A stretch of 64,000 bases of DNA from Candidatus Marinacidobacterales bacterium (lineage in GTDB: Bacteria > Acidobacteriota > Vicinamibacteria > Marinacidobacterales > SMYC01), in the NCBI GenBank assembly GCA_965237955.1, contig OZ250169.1:5888001-5952000 (forward strand), read 5' to 3'. The position numbers were made by a program, and so were the translations under genes. The notes below the pieces were generated by a model that saw only the letters and a list, made by a program, of their open reading frames with translations, was not told the origin of the DNA and searched no databases. How positions within the stretch are numbered: position 1 is the stretch's first letter; every line of letters begins with the position of its first letter. This document shows, piece after piece, positions 20,907-30,541 of this stretch.

Positions 20907-21895
20907 GAGGGTATCGGGTTGGTGTCGTCAACCCGCAAACCCCATTCGGAGGCCGAGTCCGGGAGCTTCTTTCGGAGCAGCACCTTCCGGTCATCGAGCT
21001 GAAGCTCTTCGCGAGCGAGACCGATGGCGAGGCCACCCTCGCTCAGTTTCACGACGAAGTCGTCGTGACACAGCCGATCGACGCTGACCTGTTTCCACAC
21101 CTCGACGTTCTCTTTTTCGCCGGAGGGGACACCGATCTCATGAATCGCATCGCGATGGAGGCTTCTGGTGACGACGTGCTCACGTTCGTCGAAGGTGCCC
21201 TCGCCCTCGACGCGCCGGTGATGGTGCCGGGAATACAGGACGCCGAGCTTCTATCGGAGCGGCTCGTTGCCGTTCCGAGGATGGCGTCTTACCTCGTCGG
21301 AGCGGCGTTGCACCGCGTGCATGCGTCGCTCGGAGTCGCGCGCGCGAACGCCACCGTCCTCCTTCCGGCCGGAGAGCGCGGCGCTCCGGGAGCGCAAGAG
21401 CTCCACGAGCAAGCCGTCAGCATTTTGAGCTTCAAGTCACCGCCGACGGATATCTTCGGCGAGCAGATCGCGTTCAACGTGAACCTTGCCGGAGCTGGCG
21501 CTGGCCCGAAATCTGCGGCGCTCGCCCAGACGGTGGCGATGGAAGCCGCGCGCCTCGCCGAGCTCGATAGCGTCACGATAAACCTGGTCCGAGTGCCGGT
21601 GTTCCACGGCTACGCCGCTTCCATTTGGGTCGAGCTCGATGAGCCGGCGGAGCAGCGCGCGATCGTCGCCGCGTTCCGTGAGCCGCCGTTCACCATCGAG
21701 ACGGCTCGGACGGCCAAAACTCCGTCGCCGGTGAGCGTGGCCGAGTCGAACCGAATCCACATTGGCGGTATCCGCCGCCCTTTGGAGGTGTCTTCGGTGT
21801 CGCGTCCTGGTTTCTGGCTCTGGGCCGTCGCTGACACCACCGCCTACGACCCCGCCCTCGCCGCCGTCGAACTGGCCAAGACCGCGCTAGCCTGA
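20903..21895 (+). CDS. Aspartate-semialdehyde dehydrogenase-like protein (Usg-like, divergent)
   Basis: IAFNV, RVPVFHGY and LWAVAD motifs are present, but the GATG and catalytic NC motifs are not recognisable. Confidence 0.75.
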   Translation: MRGYRVGVVNPQTPFGGRVRELLSEQHLPVIELKLFASETDGEATLAQFHDEVVVTQPIDADLFPHLDVLFFAGGDTDLMNRIAMEASGDDVLTFVEGALALDAPVMVPGIQDAELLSERLVAVPRMASYLVGAALHRVHASLGVARANATVLLPAGERGAPGAQELHEQAVSILSFKSPPTDIFGEQIAFNVNLAGAGAGPKSAALAQTVAMEAARLAELDSVTINLVRVPVFHGYAASIWVELDEPAEQRAIVAAFREPPFTIETARTAKTPSPVSVAESNRIHIGGIRRPLEVSSVSRPGFWLWAVADTTAYDPALAAVELAKTALA

Positions 21896-21972
21896 GGCCG
21901 TAACCGTCCGCCGATGGCTGAAGCCGCCCAAAACTACTAGCGCCCGTAAGCTGCTTTCGAGCAAAAAAGCTC

Positions 21973-22133
21973 AACGCAAAGTCGCAAAGACGCTAAGTGA
22001 GCGCCTCCGGCGCGGATTCGCGTCAGTCTCTTCGGCGTCATTCTAGGCCCGTCTTCCGTCCTGCGTTCTGGAGATTCCTGCTTTTCCGATGAAATGGCTC
22101 TTTGCGCCTTTGCGCCTTCGCGTCTTTGCGTTG
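21973..22133. repeat. Second REP-like CGCAAAG inverted repeat
   Basis: AACGCAAAGTCGCAAAGACGCTAAG ... CTTTGCGCCTTTGCGCCTTCGCGTCTTTGCGTT, between convergent genes. Confidence 0.7.
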
Positions 22134-22193
22134 GTTTTTTCTAGTTGGCATCGCGCTGCCAAGTTAGAGCTTGCCCGCCCATGGGGAACGAGC

Positions 22194-22221
22194 TGATGGC
22201 TGATGGCCGACGGCCGATGGC
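22194..22221. repeat. Heptamer tandem repeat (TGATGGC-type, 4 units)
   Basis: TGATGGC TGATGGC CGACGGC CGATGGC, just past the kinase stop codon. Confidence 0.7.
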
Positions 22222-22228
22222 GGATCTA

Positions 22229-25200
22229 TTAAACGGGCAGCCGCATGCGAACCGTCGTGCCTTTACCGGGCTCACTTTCGAGGACGATCGAGCCGCCGTG
22301 GTCTTCGACGACCTTTTTCGCGATCGCGAGGCCTAGCCCGGTCCCGGCGGCGCGCGTCGAGAAGTAAGGCTCGAAGATTCGCTCTTTGAGCTCGGGCTCG
22401 ATGCCGACACCGGTATCGGCGACGGCGACCTCGACGAAACGCGCTCCATTCGAGCTCTCGTGTATCACCTTTACATCGACACTGCCCTCACCGTTGACCG
22501 CGTGGAGCGCGTTTTCCACTAAGTTCAAGAGCGTTCGCTTCAGAAGCCGAGCGTCGGCGCGCAACAGCGGAAGGTCATCGGCAATGTCGACGCTGACGCG
22601 AACACCGTCGGGCGGCGCTTGTACATAAGGCGCCACCGTTTCACGCACGAGCTCTTCGATGTCGGTCGGCTCTGGTCTCAACGGCTCGGGGGATGCGAAC
22701 GTGGAGAACTCCATCGAGATCTGTCGGAGTGCTTTCACCTGCTGCAGGATCGTCTCGGTACACTCGTCGAGAACTTTCTCGAAATCCACATTGGGATCGT
22801 CATGGACGCGCAGCAGATGCTCCGCGGCGAGCTGGATGGGGGTCAGAGGGTTTTTCACTTCGTGGGCGACCTGGCGAGCCATCTCCGCCCACGCCTCGAG
22901 CTTCTTGGTGCGTTCGAGATCGGAACGTTGACGTTTCAAATCCGCCGCCATTTGGGTAAAGCTCGCGAACAGCGCTCCGATCTCGTCCTTCGACGCGGTT
23001 TCCAGCGAAACGTCGAGATCTCCCTCGGCAACGCGATGCGTCGCATCGGTGAGCGTGTTGATGGGCTCCGAGATCCGACGGGCGAGGGAGTAAGCGAGCG
23101 CCGCCGCGGCGAGGGAGAAACAAAACGCGGTGAGAAACAACGTTTGATTCATCGACGAGACGCGGAGATCGATTTCGGGGTTCTGGCTCGCCAGCGGTAG
23201 CGCGAGAATCCCAGGCTCTCGACGCCGCTCGATCGAGATCGGCACCGAGACAACGAGATACTCGAACGACCCCACCGACTCTCGATGGATGGAGTGGGTA
23301 CGCTGCTCGAGGACGAGGTCGCGGTACGCAATAGGCGCGACGCGCGTTCGCAAGAGTCCGCTTCCGAAAAGCTCCGGCTTGCTCGTCGCCACGAGCTCTC
23401 CGCTGGCATAGAGATCGACGTCGACCCCGGCGAGACTCCCCACCCATTCGAGAACCGCGTCCGTCACCGTTCGGTCACCGCGCTCTTCGGCGTCGCCGCG
23501 CTGGGAGCGTAGCAAGTCGTTGACGAAGCGTTCGACGACTTGGGCTCTCGCCATGCCCTCCTGTTCGATGTCTCGTACGAGCTGTTGGATGACGATACCG
23601 CGAATCAGAAACGCCAGCGAAGCGATGGGAACGAGGGCGATGAGAACGAACGCGACATAGAGCTTTCCGTGGAAGCTGGTGCCGACGCCCGCCCAGAGCT
23701 CTCTCGGCGATACCCCGTGCTCGCTTCCCGAGGCTCCGAGAACCAACGCCACCCCGAGCGCGAACAGCGTGACTCCCGCCGCGAGAACTGCCCACGCGGC
23801 GAGCTCGGCAGCGTAGGTGAGGACGCCGGTTTTCACGTAGGACAGCACGAACGTGTGGGTACCGTCGTGAAAAAGATAAGCTTCATGATTCTGTCCGCCC
23901 CGGGAATACGCCCACCACACCGGCGCTCGTCTCGCTTCGTCGACGATCTGCTCATCCAGTTGCAAAACGCCACCCGTCGATTGAAAGACTGAGGTTCCGT
24001 CCGGCTCGAGAACGAACAGGGACAGCTCGCGGTAGGGAAAGCGGAACGGCGCGTCCACGCCGGCGGTTGAAAAAAGATACAAGTATGGGTTGGTCGTGGA
24101 GATGAACGGAAGATTTCGCCAATCGGCTGCCAATCGCACGCGGATCTCCCAGCTCGCGGCTTTTTGACCTGGCGGACCTGGCGGACCACGGATGGCGCGC
24201 CGTGCGAGGAGCACGCCCGGATGTTTCGGATCGTTGTCGATGGACTCTTCCTCGAGAATCCATTCGTCGGGCGCGGGAGCTTTGGATGGGTCAATCGCGG
24301 GTGTCGGCAAGCTGAGGGCAAACCGCGACACGATTCGCGACGTCTCGTCGACGATCTCGATCGACGAGCTCAAGGACGAAGTAACGAGATCGGTCCCCAC
24401 CCAAATTTGAAAAGCGACGTCGTCGCGGTCGAGCACGCCGAGACGGCCGTCGGCCTCCATGCGATCGATGGCGCGTGCGGTCTCGACGACGGCGTACAAC
24501 CGGGAGCTCCCGAGCTCGAGGACGATGGGCGCCACCGTCGTTTCGATGAAGTCCTGTACGGTTGTGTCCTCGAACCGGGCGATCGCGGGATAAAAAGAGA
24601 CGACGGCGGACACGGTGACGAGCCCCGCGGTGCTCAACCGCACGTAAAGCCCTGAGCTCCGCCAGCGTTTCTCGAGAATCGATTGGCGCAGCGAGAAAAC
24701 GCGCACGACCGCGAAGGCTGGTAGGGCGAGCAGCACGTGATCGGTGAGTCCGAATTCTCGAGCCACGAAGTAGCCGATCGAGACCACCGCGACATCGATT
24801 GCGATCACGCGCGCGGGCGCGGCCTGTCGAACGAGGCCAATTATGACGACCGATATCGTGACCGACGCCAGAAAGAGCAGCACGAGGCCGAGTTGGAGCG
24901 CGAATCGCGGTGCGTCGAGGGGGAAGATGCTCATCGTGGAGAGCGCGAGACTGGAGTTCAGCCACGCGTCGAGAATGACTTCGTCGGTGGCGACGAGAAC
25001 GGCGAGCACTGCACCGGACGCGACGGAAGCGGAGGCAAGCGTGAACCGCTCCGGCAATTTCCGTTTCCCGACGGCATTCGCGCTGGAGTTCGCGCTGGAA
25101 TTCGCAATGATAAGCGCGGACGTCAGAAGCGCCGCGGCGGTGAGCAGAAAGTCGATGGGAGAGCGCGCGAGACCGAAAAAGAGCGACGAGGCGTAATATG

Positions 25201-26338
25201 TCGGGTTGTCGGCATCTAGGCCGAGGCTCAATGGAAAATCGGTGAAGAACACGACGAAGCGTGCTCCCCAGATGAAGAAGAGCCGCGGGAGCGCGTTCGG
25301 CACGCTACCAACGAGCCAAAACAACGCAGCCAGCGCGGCGACGACGAGGGAAGTGGCCGCCGCGAGTTTGTAGCGCCGGCGCGCTTCGAGACGTGCGATA
25401 GCGGGCGCCTCTCCTGCGATCGACGATATCCCGAAAAGCTCGCCGCTGTCGCTCCGGAGCGCGAAGTAGAGTCTCGGGGCGTCCTCGGTACCGCCCCAGA
25501 AGGCATCTCCCTCCGCCTCGACGAGCGACGTGAGCTCGGATGCGTCGTCCCCGAACATACGAAACTCGGTCTCGGTACTCCGTCCGAGCCATGAGGAAAG
25601 GGCGTCATAGTCTTCGAGGTAACGGTTTTGGAGCCGTCGGTCCGCGATGAGAGGGATCTCGACAGAAACGAAACCGCGACGACTGAGTAGCGGCTCGAGC
25701 GCGACGAGATACGTGTAGACACCTTGCTCGATCACGAAGAGCCCCGACTCCGGCACTCGCTCTAATTGGTCGAGGACCTCGGAAAGCGAAACGTTGTCGC
25801 CGCTCCACGCGAGCGGCCGGCGTAGCGCGTCGTATAGCGTCGTGCCGGGAGCTCCACGCGGATGGGCGCTCGGCAACGGAAAACGAGCCAGGGCGTCGAA
25901 GGCCCCGCTCGAGTAGTCTTGGGCGTCTGAGCCTTCGACCGCGATCGCGATGGGATAAGCACGTGCAAGCTGGCGCGCGCTGTCACGAGCGTTTCTGCAA
26001 AGTGACACGAACCGCGTCGTGGCACGGGTCGAGATGCGTTCTGAAGCGCTCTCCTGCGCAGCTTTCCACTCGACAGCCGAGCGGTTCAACACCGAGCCGT
26101 AGCCGAGGATGCCGAGAGCGAGCGCCATGACGGCGCCCGCGACGAGCATCGTCGCGATAGTCTTTCCGGACGAGCCAAGGCGCTTGTGCGCTGCCACCAG
26201 AGTCAGTGTCGCTGCCGCGATGAGGAACCACGCGAGCGCCGTGCCGAGCAGCGCAAAGTTCTCGTGAACGTCTGCGACGACGAGGGCGAAGACGGCGACC
26301 ACGAGCGTGCCTACGAGAAGGCGGGAGAGGAATAGCAT
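22229..26338 (-). CDS. Large multi-TM sensor histidine kinase (HAMP-HisKA-HATPase)
   Basis: EMARQVAHEVKNPLTPI, NLVENA, DTGVGI and GTGLGL motifs. Start set at ATG 26338 to avoid overlap with the upstream gene. Confidence 0.92.
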   Translation of the reverse strand: MLFLSRLLVGTLVVAVFALVVADVHENFALLGTALAWFLIAAATLTLVAAHKRLGSSGKTIATMLVAGAVMALALGILGYGSVLNRSAVEWKAAQESASERISTRATTRFVSLCRNARDSARQLARAYPIAIAVEGSDAQDYSSGAFDALARFPLPSAHPRGAPGTTLYDALRRPLAWSGDNVSLSEVLDQLERVPESGLFVIEQGVYTYLVALEPLLSRRGFVSVEIPLIADRRLQNRYLEDYDALSSWLGRSTETEFRMFGDDASELTSLVEAEGDAFWGGTEDAPRLYFALRSDSGELFGISSIAGEAPAIARLEARRRYKLAAATSLVVAALAALFWLVGSVPNALPRLFFIWGARFVVFFTDFPLSLGLDADNPTYYASSLFFGLARSPIDFLLTAAALLTSALIIANSSANSSANAVGKRKLPERFTLASASVASGAVLAVLVATDEVILDAWLNSSLALSTMSIFPLDAPRFALQLGLVLLFLASVTISVVIIGLVRQAAPARVIAIDVAVVSIGYFVAREFGLTDHVLLALPAFAVVRVFSLRQSILEKRWRSSGLYVRLSTAGLVTVSAVVSFYPAIARFEDTTVQDFIETTVAPIVLELGSSRLYAVVETARAIDRMEADGRLGVLDRDDVAFQIWVGTDLVTSSLSSSIEIVDETSRIVSRFALSLPTPAIDPSKAPAPDEWILEEESIDNDPKHPGVLLARRAIRGPPGPPGQKAASWEIRVRLAADWRNLPFISTTNPYLYLFSTAGVDAPFRFPYRELSLFVLEPDGTSVFQSTGGVLQLDEQIVDEARRAPVWWAYSRGGQNHEAYLFHDGTHTFVLSYVKTGVLTYAAELAAWAVLAAGVTLFALGVALVLGASGSEHGVSPRELWAGVGTSFHGKLYVAFVLIALVPIASLAFLIRGIVIQQLVRDIEQEGMARAQVVERFVNDLLRSQRGDAEERGDRTVTDAVLEWVGSLAGVDVDLYASGELVATSKPELFGSGLLRTRVAPIAYRDLVLEQRTHSIHRESVGSFEYLVVSVPISIERRREPGILALPLASQNPEIDLRVSSMNQTLFLTAFCFSLAAAALAYSLARRISEPINTLTDATHRVAEGDLDVSLETASKDEIGALFASFTQMAADLKRQRSDLERTKKLEAWAEMARQVAHEVKNPLTPIQLAAEHLLRVHDDPNVDFEKVLDECTETILQQVKALRQISMEFSTFASPEPLRPEPTDIEELVRETVAPYVQAPPDGVRVSVDIADDLPLLRADARLLKRTLLNLVENALHAVNGEGSVDVKVIHESSNGARFVEVAVADTGVGIEPELKERIFEPYFSTRAAGTGLGLAIAKKVVEDHGGSIVLESEPGKGTTVRMRLPV

Positions 26339-26390
26339 CCAATAGAACCCGGGCCCTTTTGGAGAGCGTAACGCGGGAAAGTGCTCGAGT

Positions 26391-26966
26391 CTATCGAGAA
26401 GCGGCGCGGATTCCGTAGATCCGCCAAGCACTCTTGCCTTTTTCGAGCTTGAACTGGAGCCGCTCGGTGACGAGCTCATCCGTGTCGAGAACGACGAACG
26501 TCCAATCGGCGCGAAAAGTTGTACTCCCGGCGTGACGCCCGACGTCTGTCGAGTCATAGATGAACGCGCGGGTCTCGACTTCACGGAAGAGGCGGCCGAA
26601 GATGTGGCGTACTTGTCCCGGCCCGTAGTGCCCTCGCTGGCTGTCGTCGATCTCGAGCGAGAGATAGATTTTTCGTTTCCCGGTTACCAGACAGGCTTCC
26701 AACTCATCGGCGTCCTCGTTGTGGAACGACCTTCCCACGCGGTCGATGGTCGCGTCGACGAGGACATCCGTTTCGAGGTCCCTTTTGTCTTCGAGCTCTT
26801 TCTCACGAGTCGACGTCCGGGACTTCAAGTACACCGGTGGCTGCTGGATCCCGAACGGGCTCTCCTGCTCATGGACGCCAATCTGTGCGGAAACGGAACC
26901 GGCGAGCGCGCCGAGTACGCCGAGTACGCCGAGTACGAGTGTCACGAGAAAAGGCTGTCTTGCCAT
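26391..26966 (-). CDS. Exported hypothetical protein, possible NTF2-like fold
   Basis: Signal peptide ending SVSA-Q, followed by beta-strand-rich sequence ending WRIYGIR. Confidence 0.6.
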   Translation of the reverse strand: MARQPFLVTLVLGVLGVLGALAGSVSAQIGVHEQESPFGIQQPPVYLKSRTSTREKELEDKRDLETDVLVDATIDRVGRSFHNEDADELEACLVTGKRKIYLSLEIDDSQRGHYGPGQVRHIFGRLFREVETRAFIYDSTDVGRHAGSTTFRADWTFVVLDTDELVTERLQFKLEKGKSAWRIYGIRAASR

Positions 26967-27111
26967 AAGGTTAGTCCATGTTAGCTTTCGCCCCTCGACG
27001 GTGTCAAAGGGTTGTCTCATCGCCTAGATAGTGCACGTTCCATACCAGCTCAACTCGCCATGAACAGGGGGTTTCCGCTCGAAAGCGCCGTCGAGAGAGG
27101 ACAACTGTGGG

Positions 27112-28734
27112 TCAGAAGGGGACAGACCCGTCCGAAGTGGGTGGTCGGCCGCGAGGGGCCGCTCCTTCGGCGTCGTCGTCCCCTTCGCCTTCGAGCTGCT
27201 CCGTCTCCTCGGCCCCGGTCGGTGCCGGCTGAGCGACCTTGTGCCCCAACAGGAGCACCTCGCCGCTGCGAAGCGCCATCGCGATGCGGGAGCGCTCGAA
27301 CCATTCCGGTTCGGCCGGTTCGGCCGGTTCGGCCGGTTCGGCCGGTTCGGCCGGAAGCTCGAGTGTCGTGGCCGCATCGTCCGCCGTTTCGTCGTCCGCC
27401 GACAACTCCTCGCGCGTGGCGATATCCAATGCTTCGGCTCCGTCCAGTTCTTCTGGACCTAAAATCTCGGGATCGAGCTCGCTCAAGGGGTCTTCGTCCT
27501 CGACGTCGGCGTCCGCGTCGCGCTCGATGACTTCGGCTTCGGCCGCGAGCTCATCGGGACTGGGTTTGGCCAAAAAGAAAGATGGCGGGACCACAATCTC
27601 GCCGGGAGCCACGTATCGTTTCCCCGGCTGTCCTCTCGCGGGGTTGATCTCCACCAGCACGCCGTCGTACGTGCCCACCAGGAGTCTATTTCTGACGCGC
27701 ATCGGGCTCGTTGCCGGGCGACCGGGTAGGTTGGCACGCCAGTGCTCGTCGCCCGTCGTCGCGTTGAACGCAAACAGCGTGTTCGCCCACGACGCCAGGT
27801 AGAGTCTCTTGCCTTCGACTAGCACCGCGCTCCGTATCGCGGCGCCCGTCGACCAGCGGAATGTCACTTTTCCGCTGCGGGCGTCGAGGCTATAGAGCTC
27901 CCCGGTATCGTCACCGATGTAGACCCGCGCGTCGTCTTGGTCGAACGCCGCCGGCGCATAGAATTCGGCTCGGCCCGTGAACGTCCATCGGAGCGTTCCC
28001 GCCGGAAGATCCAGCGCGGTAAGCGTCTGGCTTCCTCCCGAGACCACGAGCAAAGAATCGGTGCTCGCTAGTGCCAGGGGTGTCTCACCCGTCGCTGTTT
28101 GGAAGACCACTTCCTTTGTTCGAGCGTCGTAGGCGACGATGTCTCCCGAGGGCGTCGCGAAGAACACGATGTCGTTCGGTCCGCGGATCGGAGGCAGAGC
28201 GAGCTCGAAAGGCAGTCGCGCCTCTTGTTGGATGTGTCCGGTGAGCCCGTCGACGAGAAGTACGTGCCCGGATGGCTCCGATAGGACGACGGTGAAGGTA
28301 TCGGTCTTACCGCGAACGAGAGGCCCGGCCTGGAACACCAAAGGTTCGTGCAGCGCTTCTCCCGGGAGGCCGAGCTTCCATGCGAACTCTCCGGTAGCCG
28401 CGTCGTGTCCCTCGACGAAGCCGGAGCTTCCGACGACGAGCAGGTGGGTTCCGTAGAGGAGCGCTTTGGGACGGTCTCTCGGGGTGAAGTCGAGGCGTGT
28501 CAGCTCCGCGACCGGAAGCAACCCGTCCGGAGGCTTTTTGCGAGGAGGAGGGGTGGGGGCCTTGATCTCCTCTTTGTCTGCTAGAGATGCGGCATGGCTT
28601 TCTTGAGGTTTGGCTTGAGGTTTGGCTTGGGGTTCGTCGGCCTGGGGTTCACTGGGCTTCGGCGTCTGGACGGCGGTGCTCGCCCTGATGACGATGGTCA
28701 AGACGAGGACGAGAGCAGCCACGGGTATCGGCAT
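27112..28734 (-). CDS. PQQ-like beta-propeller protein (BamB-like) with acidic low-complexity tail
   Basis: Repeated A.D..TG...W motifs, a signal peptide and PAE tandem repeats. Confidence 0.82.
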   Translation of the reverse strand: MPIPVAALVLVLTIVIRASTAVQTPKPSEPQADEPQAKPQAKPQESHAASLADKEEIKAPTPPPRKKPPDGLLPVAELTRLDFTPRDRPKALLYGTHLLVVGSSGFVEGHDAATGEFAWKLGLPGEALHEPLVFQAGPLVRGKTDTFTVVLSEPSGHVLLVDGLTGHIQQEARLPFELALPPIRGPNDIVFFATPSGDIVAYDARTKEVVFQTATGETPLALASTDSLLVVSGGSQTLTALDLPAGTLRWTFTGRAEFYAPAAFDQDDARVYIGDDTGELYSLDARSGKVTFRWSTGAAIRSAVLVEGKRLYLASWANTLFAFNATTGDEHWRANLPGRPATSPMRVRNRLLVGTYDGVLVEINPARGQPGKRYVAPGEIVVPPSFFLAKPSPDELAAEAEVIERDADADVEDEDPLSELDPEILGPEELDGAEALDIATREELSADDETADDAATTLELPAEPAEPAEPAEPAEPEWFERSRIAMALRSGEVLLLGHKVAQPAPTGAEETEQLEGEGDDDAEGAAPRGRPPTSDGSVPF

Positions 28735-28840
28735 TGTCTCTCAAAAGCACAATATGTGGGTAGTTGAAATCACCGGCACTCCAGGTCTTGTGATCGCGGT
28801 GCCGTCGCAGCTATAATGCCTCTCCTGCGGGCGAAAACTC

Positions 28841-30379
28841 ATGGCGCACGATACCATCCTCATTTTAGATTTCGGCTCCCAGTACACCCAGCTCATCGCG
28901 CGGCGCCTGCGCGAGCTCTCCGTCTATTGCGAGATCTTGCCGTTTTCGACGTCGCCCGCGGCGCTCGAGCGAGACAACGTGCGCGGCATCATCCTCTCGG
29001 GCGGTCCGGAAAGCGTGTATGCGGATGGCGCTCCTCATTGCGAGGACGCGGTGTTCGACCTTCCGGTTCCGACACTCGGCGTGTGCTATGGCATGCAGCT
29101 CATGGCGAAAGCTCTCGGGAGCGATGTGCGACCGGCCGACCATCGCGAGTATGGCCACGCCGTCATTGCATGCAGCAACGGTAGCCTGCTGTTCAAGGAT
29201 GTGAACCGGGAGCTACGGGTGTGGGCGTCGCACGGCGATCGCATCGAGAGTTTGCCGGAGGGGTTTCATTTGACTGCGAGCTCGGACGCTGCGCCGGTCG
29301 CGGCGTTCGAAGACAGCCGTCGCGGGCACTACGGCGTCCAGTTTCACCCCGAGGTCGCCCACACCGAGCAAGGCACGCAGATACTGAAGAACTTCGCTTA
29401 CGAGATCTGCGGGGTGCGCGGTGATTGGAGCATGAGCTCCTACGCGGACGAAGCCATCGCCGATATTCGAGAGCGCGTCGGAAGCGCGAGCGTCGTGTGC
29501 GCGCTTTCGGGTGGTGTCGACTCCTCGGTCACCGCGACGCTGGTACACCGCGCGGTCGGGGACCAGCTGACTTGCATTTTCGTCGACAACGGAGTGCTCC
29601 GAAAAAACGAAGCGGCGCAGGTGATGGAACGCTTCTCGAAGAAAATGGAGCTCAACGTCATCGCTGTCGACGCCTGTGATCGGTTTCTCGACAAGCTCCG
29701 AGACGTGAGCGACCCCGAAGAGAAGCGGAGGATTATCGGTCGAGAGTTCATCGATATCTTCAGCGAAGAGGCGGAAAAGATTCCCGACTCACGATTCCTC
29801 GCGCAAGGTACGCTCTACCCGGACGTGATCGAGAGCGTGTCGGTAAAAGGCCCGTCTCATGTCATCAAGAGCCACCACAACGTCGGGGGCCTCCCTGAGG
29901 ATCTACAGTTCGAGCTGATCGAGCCGCTGCGCGAGCTCTTCAAAGACGAAGTGCGCTCACTCGGGCTCGAGCTCGGGCTCGACGAAGAGCTCTTGTTCCG
30001 GCAGCCGTTTCCTGGCCCGGGGCTCGCTATCCGCGTTCTCGGCGCGGTCACGCGCGAGCAGCTCGATCTACTTCGCGAAGCGGACGACATTTTGGTGTCG
30101 GAGATCAAAGCAGCCGGTCTGTACCGCAAGGTGTGGCAATCGTTCACGGTGTTGCTGCCGATACGGACGGTTGGCGTGATGGGCGATGCGCGCACGTATG
30201 AACGCGTGGTGGCGATCCGCGCCGTGGAAAGCCGTGATGGAATGACCGCCGACTGGGCGAAGCTGCCACCGGAGCTACTCGAGCGCATCTCGAGCCGCAT
30301 CATTGGAGAAGTGCGAGGCATCAACCGCGTCGTCTACGACATCTCGTCGAAACCACCCTCGACGATCGAATGGGAGTGA
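28841..30379 (+). CDS. guaA: GMP synthase (glutamine-hydrolysing)
   Basis: [38 protein letters not shown] and KPPSTIEWE motifs. Confidence 0.98.
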   Translation: MAHDTILILDFGSQYTQLIARRLRELSVYCEILPFSTSPAALERDNVRGIILSGGPESVYADGAPHCEDAVFDLPVPTLGVCYGMQLMAKALGSDVRPADHREYGHAVIACSNGSLLFKDVNRELRVWASHGDRIESLPEGFHLTASSDAAPVAAFEDSRRGHYGVQFHPEVAHTEQGTQILKNFAYEICGVRGDWSMSSYADEAIADIRERVGSASVVCALSGGVDSSVTATLVHRAVGDQLTCIFVDNGVLRKNEAAQVMERFSKKMELNVIAVDACDRFLDKLRDVSDPEEKRRIIGREFIDIFSEEAEKIPDSRFLAQGTLYPDVIESVSVKGPSHVIKSHHNVGGLPEDLQFELIEPLRELFKDEVRSLGLELGLDEELLFRQPFPGPGLAIRVLGAVTREQLDLLREADDILVSEIKAAGLYRKVWQSFTVLLPIRTVGVMGDARTYERVVAIRAVESRDGMTADWAKLPPELLERISSRIIGEVRGINRVVYDISSKPPSTIEWE

Positions 30380-30397
30380 TGATCGTGTACTTGGTGC

Positions 30398-30518
30398 GCC
30401 ATCGGCCATCGGCCATCAGCCATCAGCCATCAAACGGCGGCGATGTGCCGTGGATGCGCGCTGATGGCCGATGGCTGATGGCTGATGGCGCCTCGTCAGG
30501 ACGATCATGGCTGATGGC
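30398..30518. repeat. Inverted heptamer arrays (GCCATCR x5 / YGATGGC x4-5)
   Basis: Five units at 30398-30432 face complementary units at 30462-30489, with extra copies to 30518. Confidence 0.8.
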
Positions 30519-30541
30519 GCACTCCTGATAGGGTCCCTCTC

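Noticed and set aside
30360-30541. Integrated element at the guaA 3' end (a known hotspot)
   Set aside because: No integrase or att duplication is visible; dnaE follows directly.
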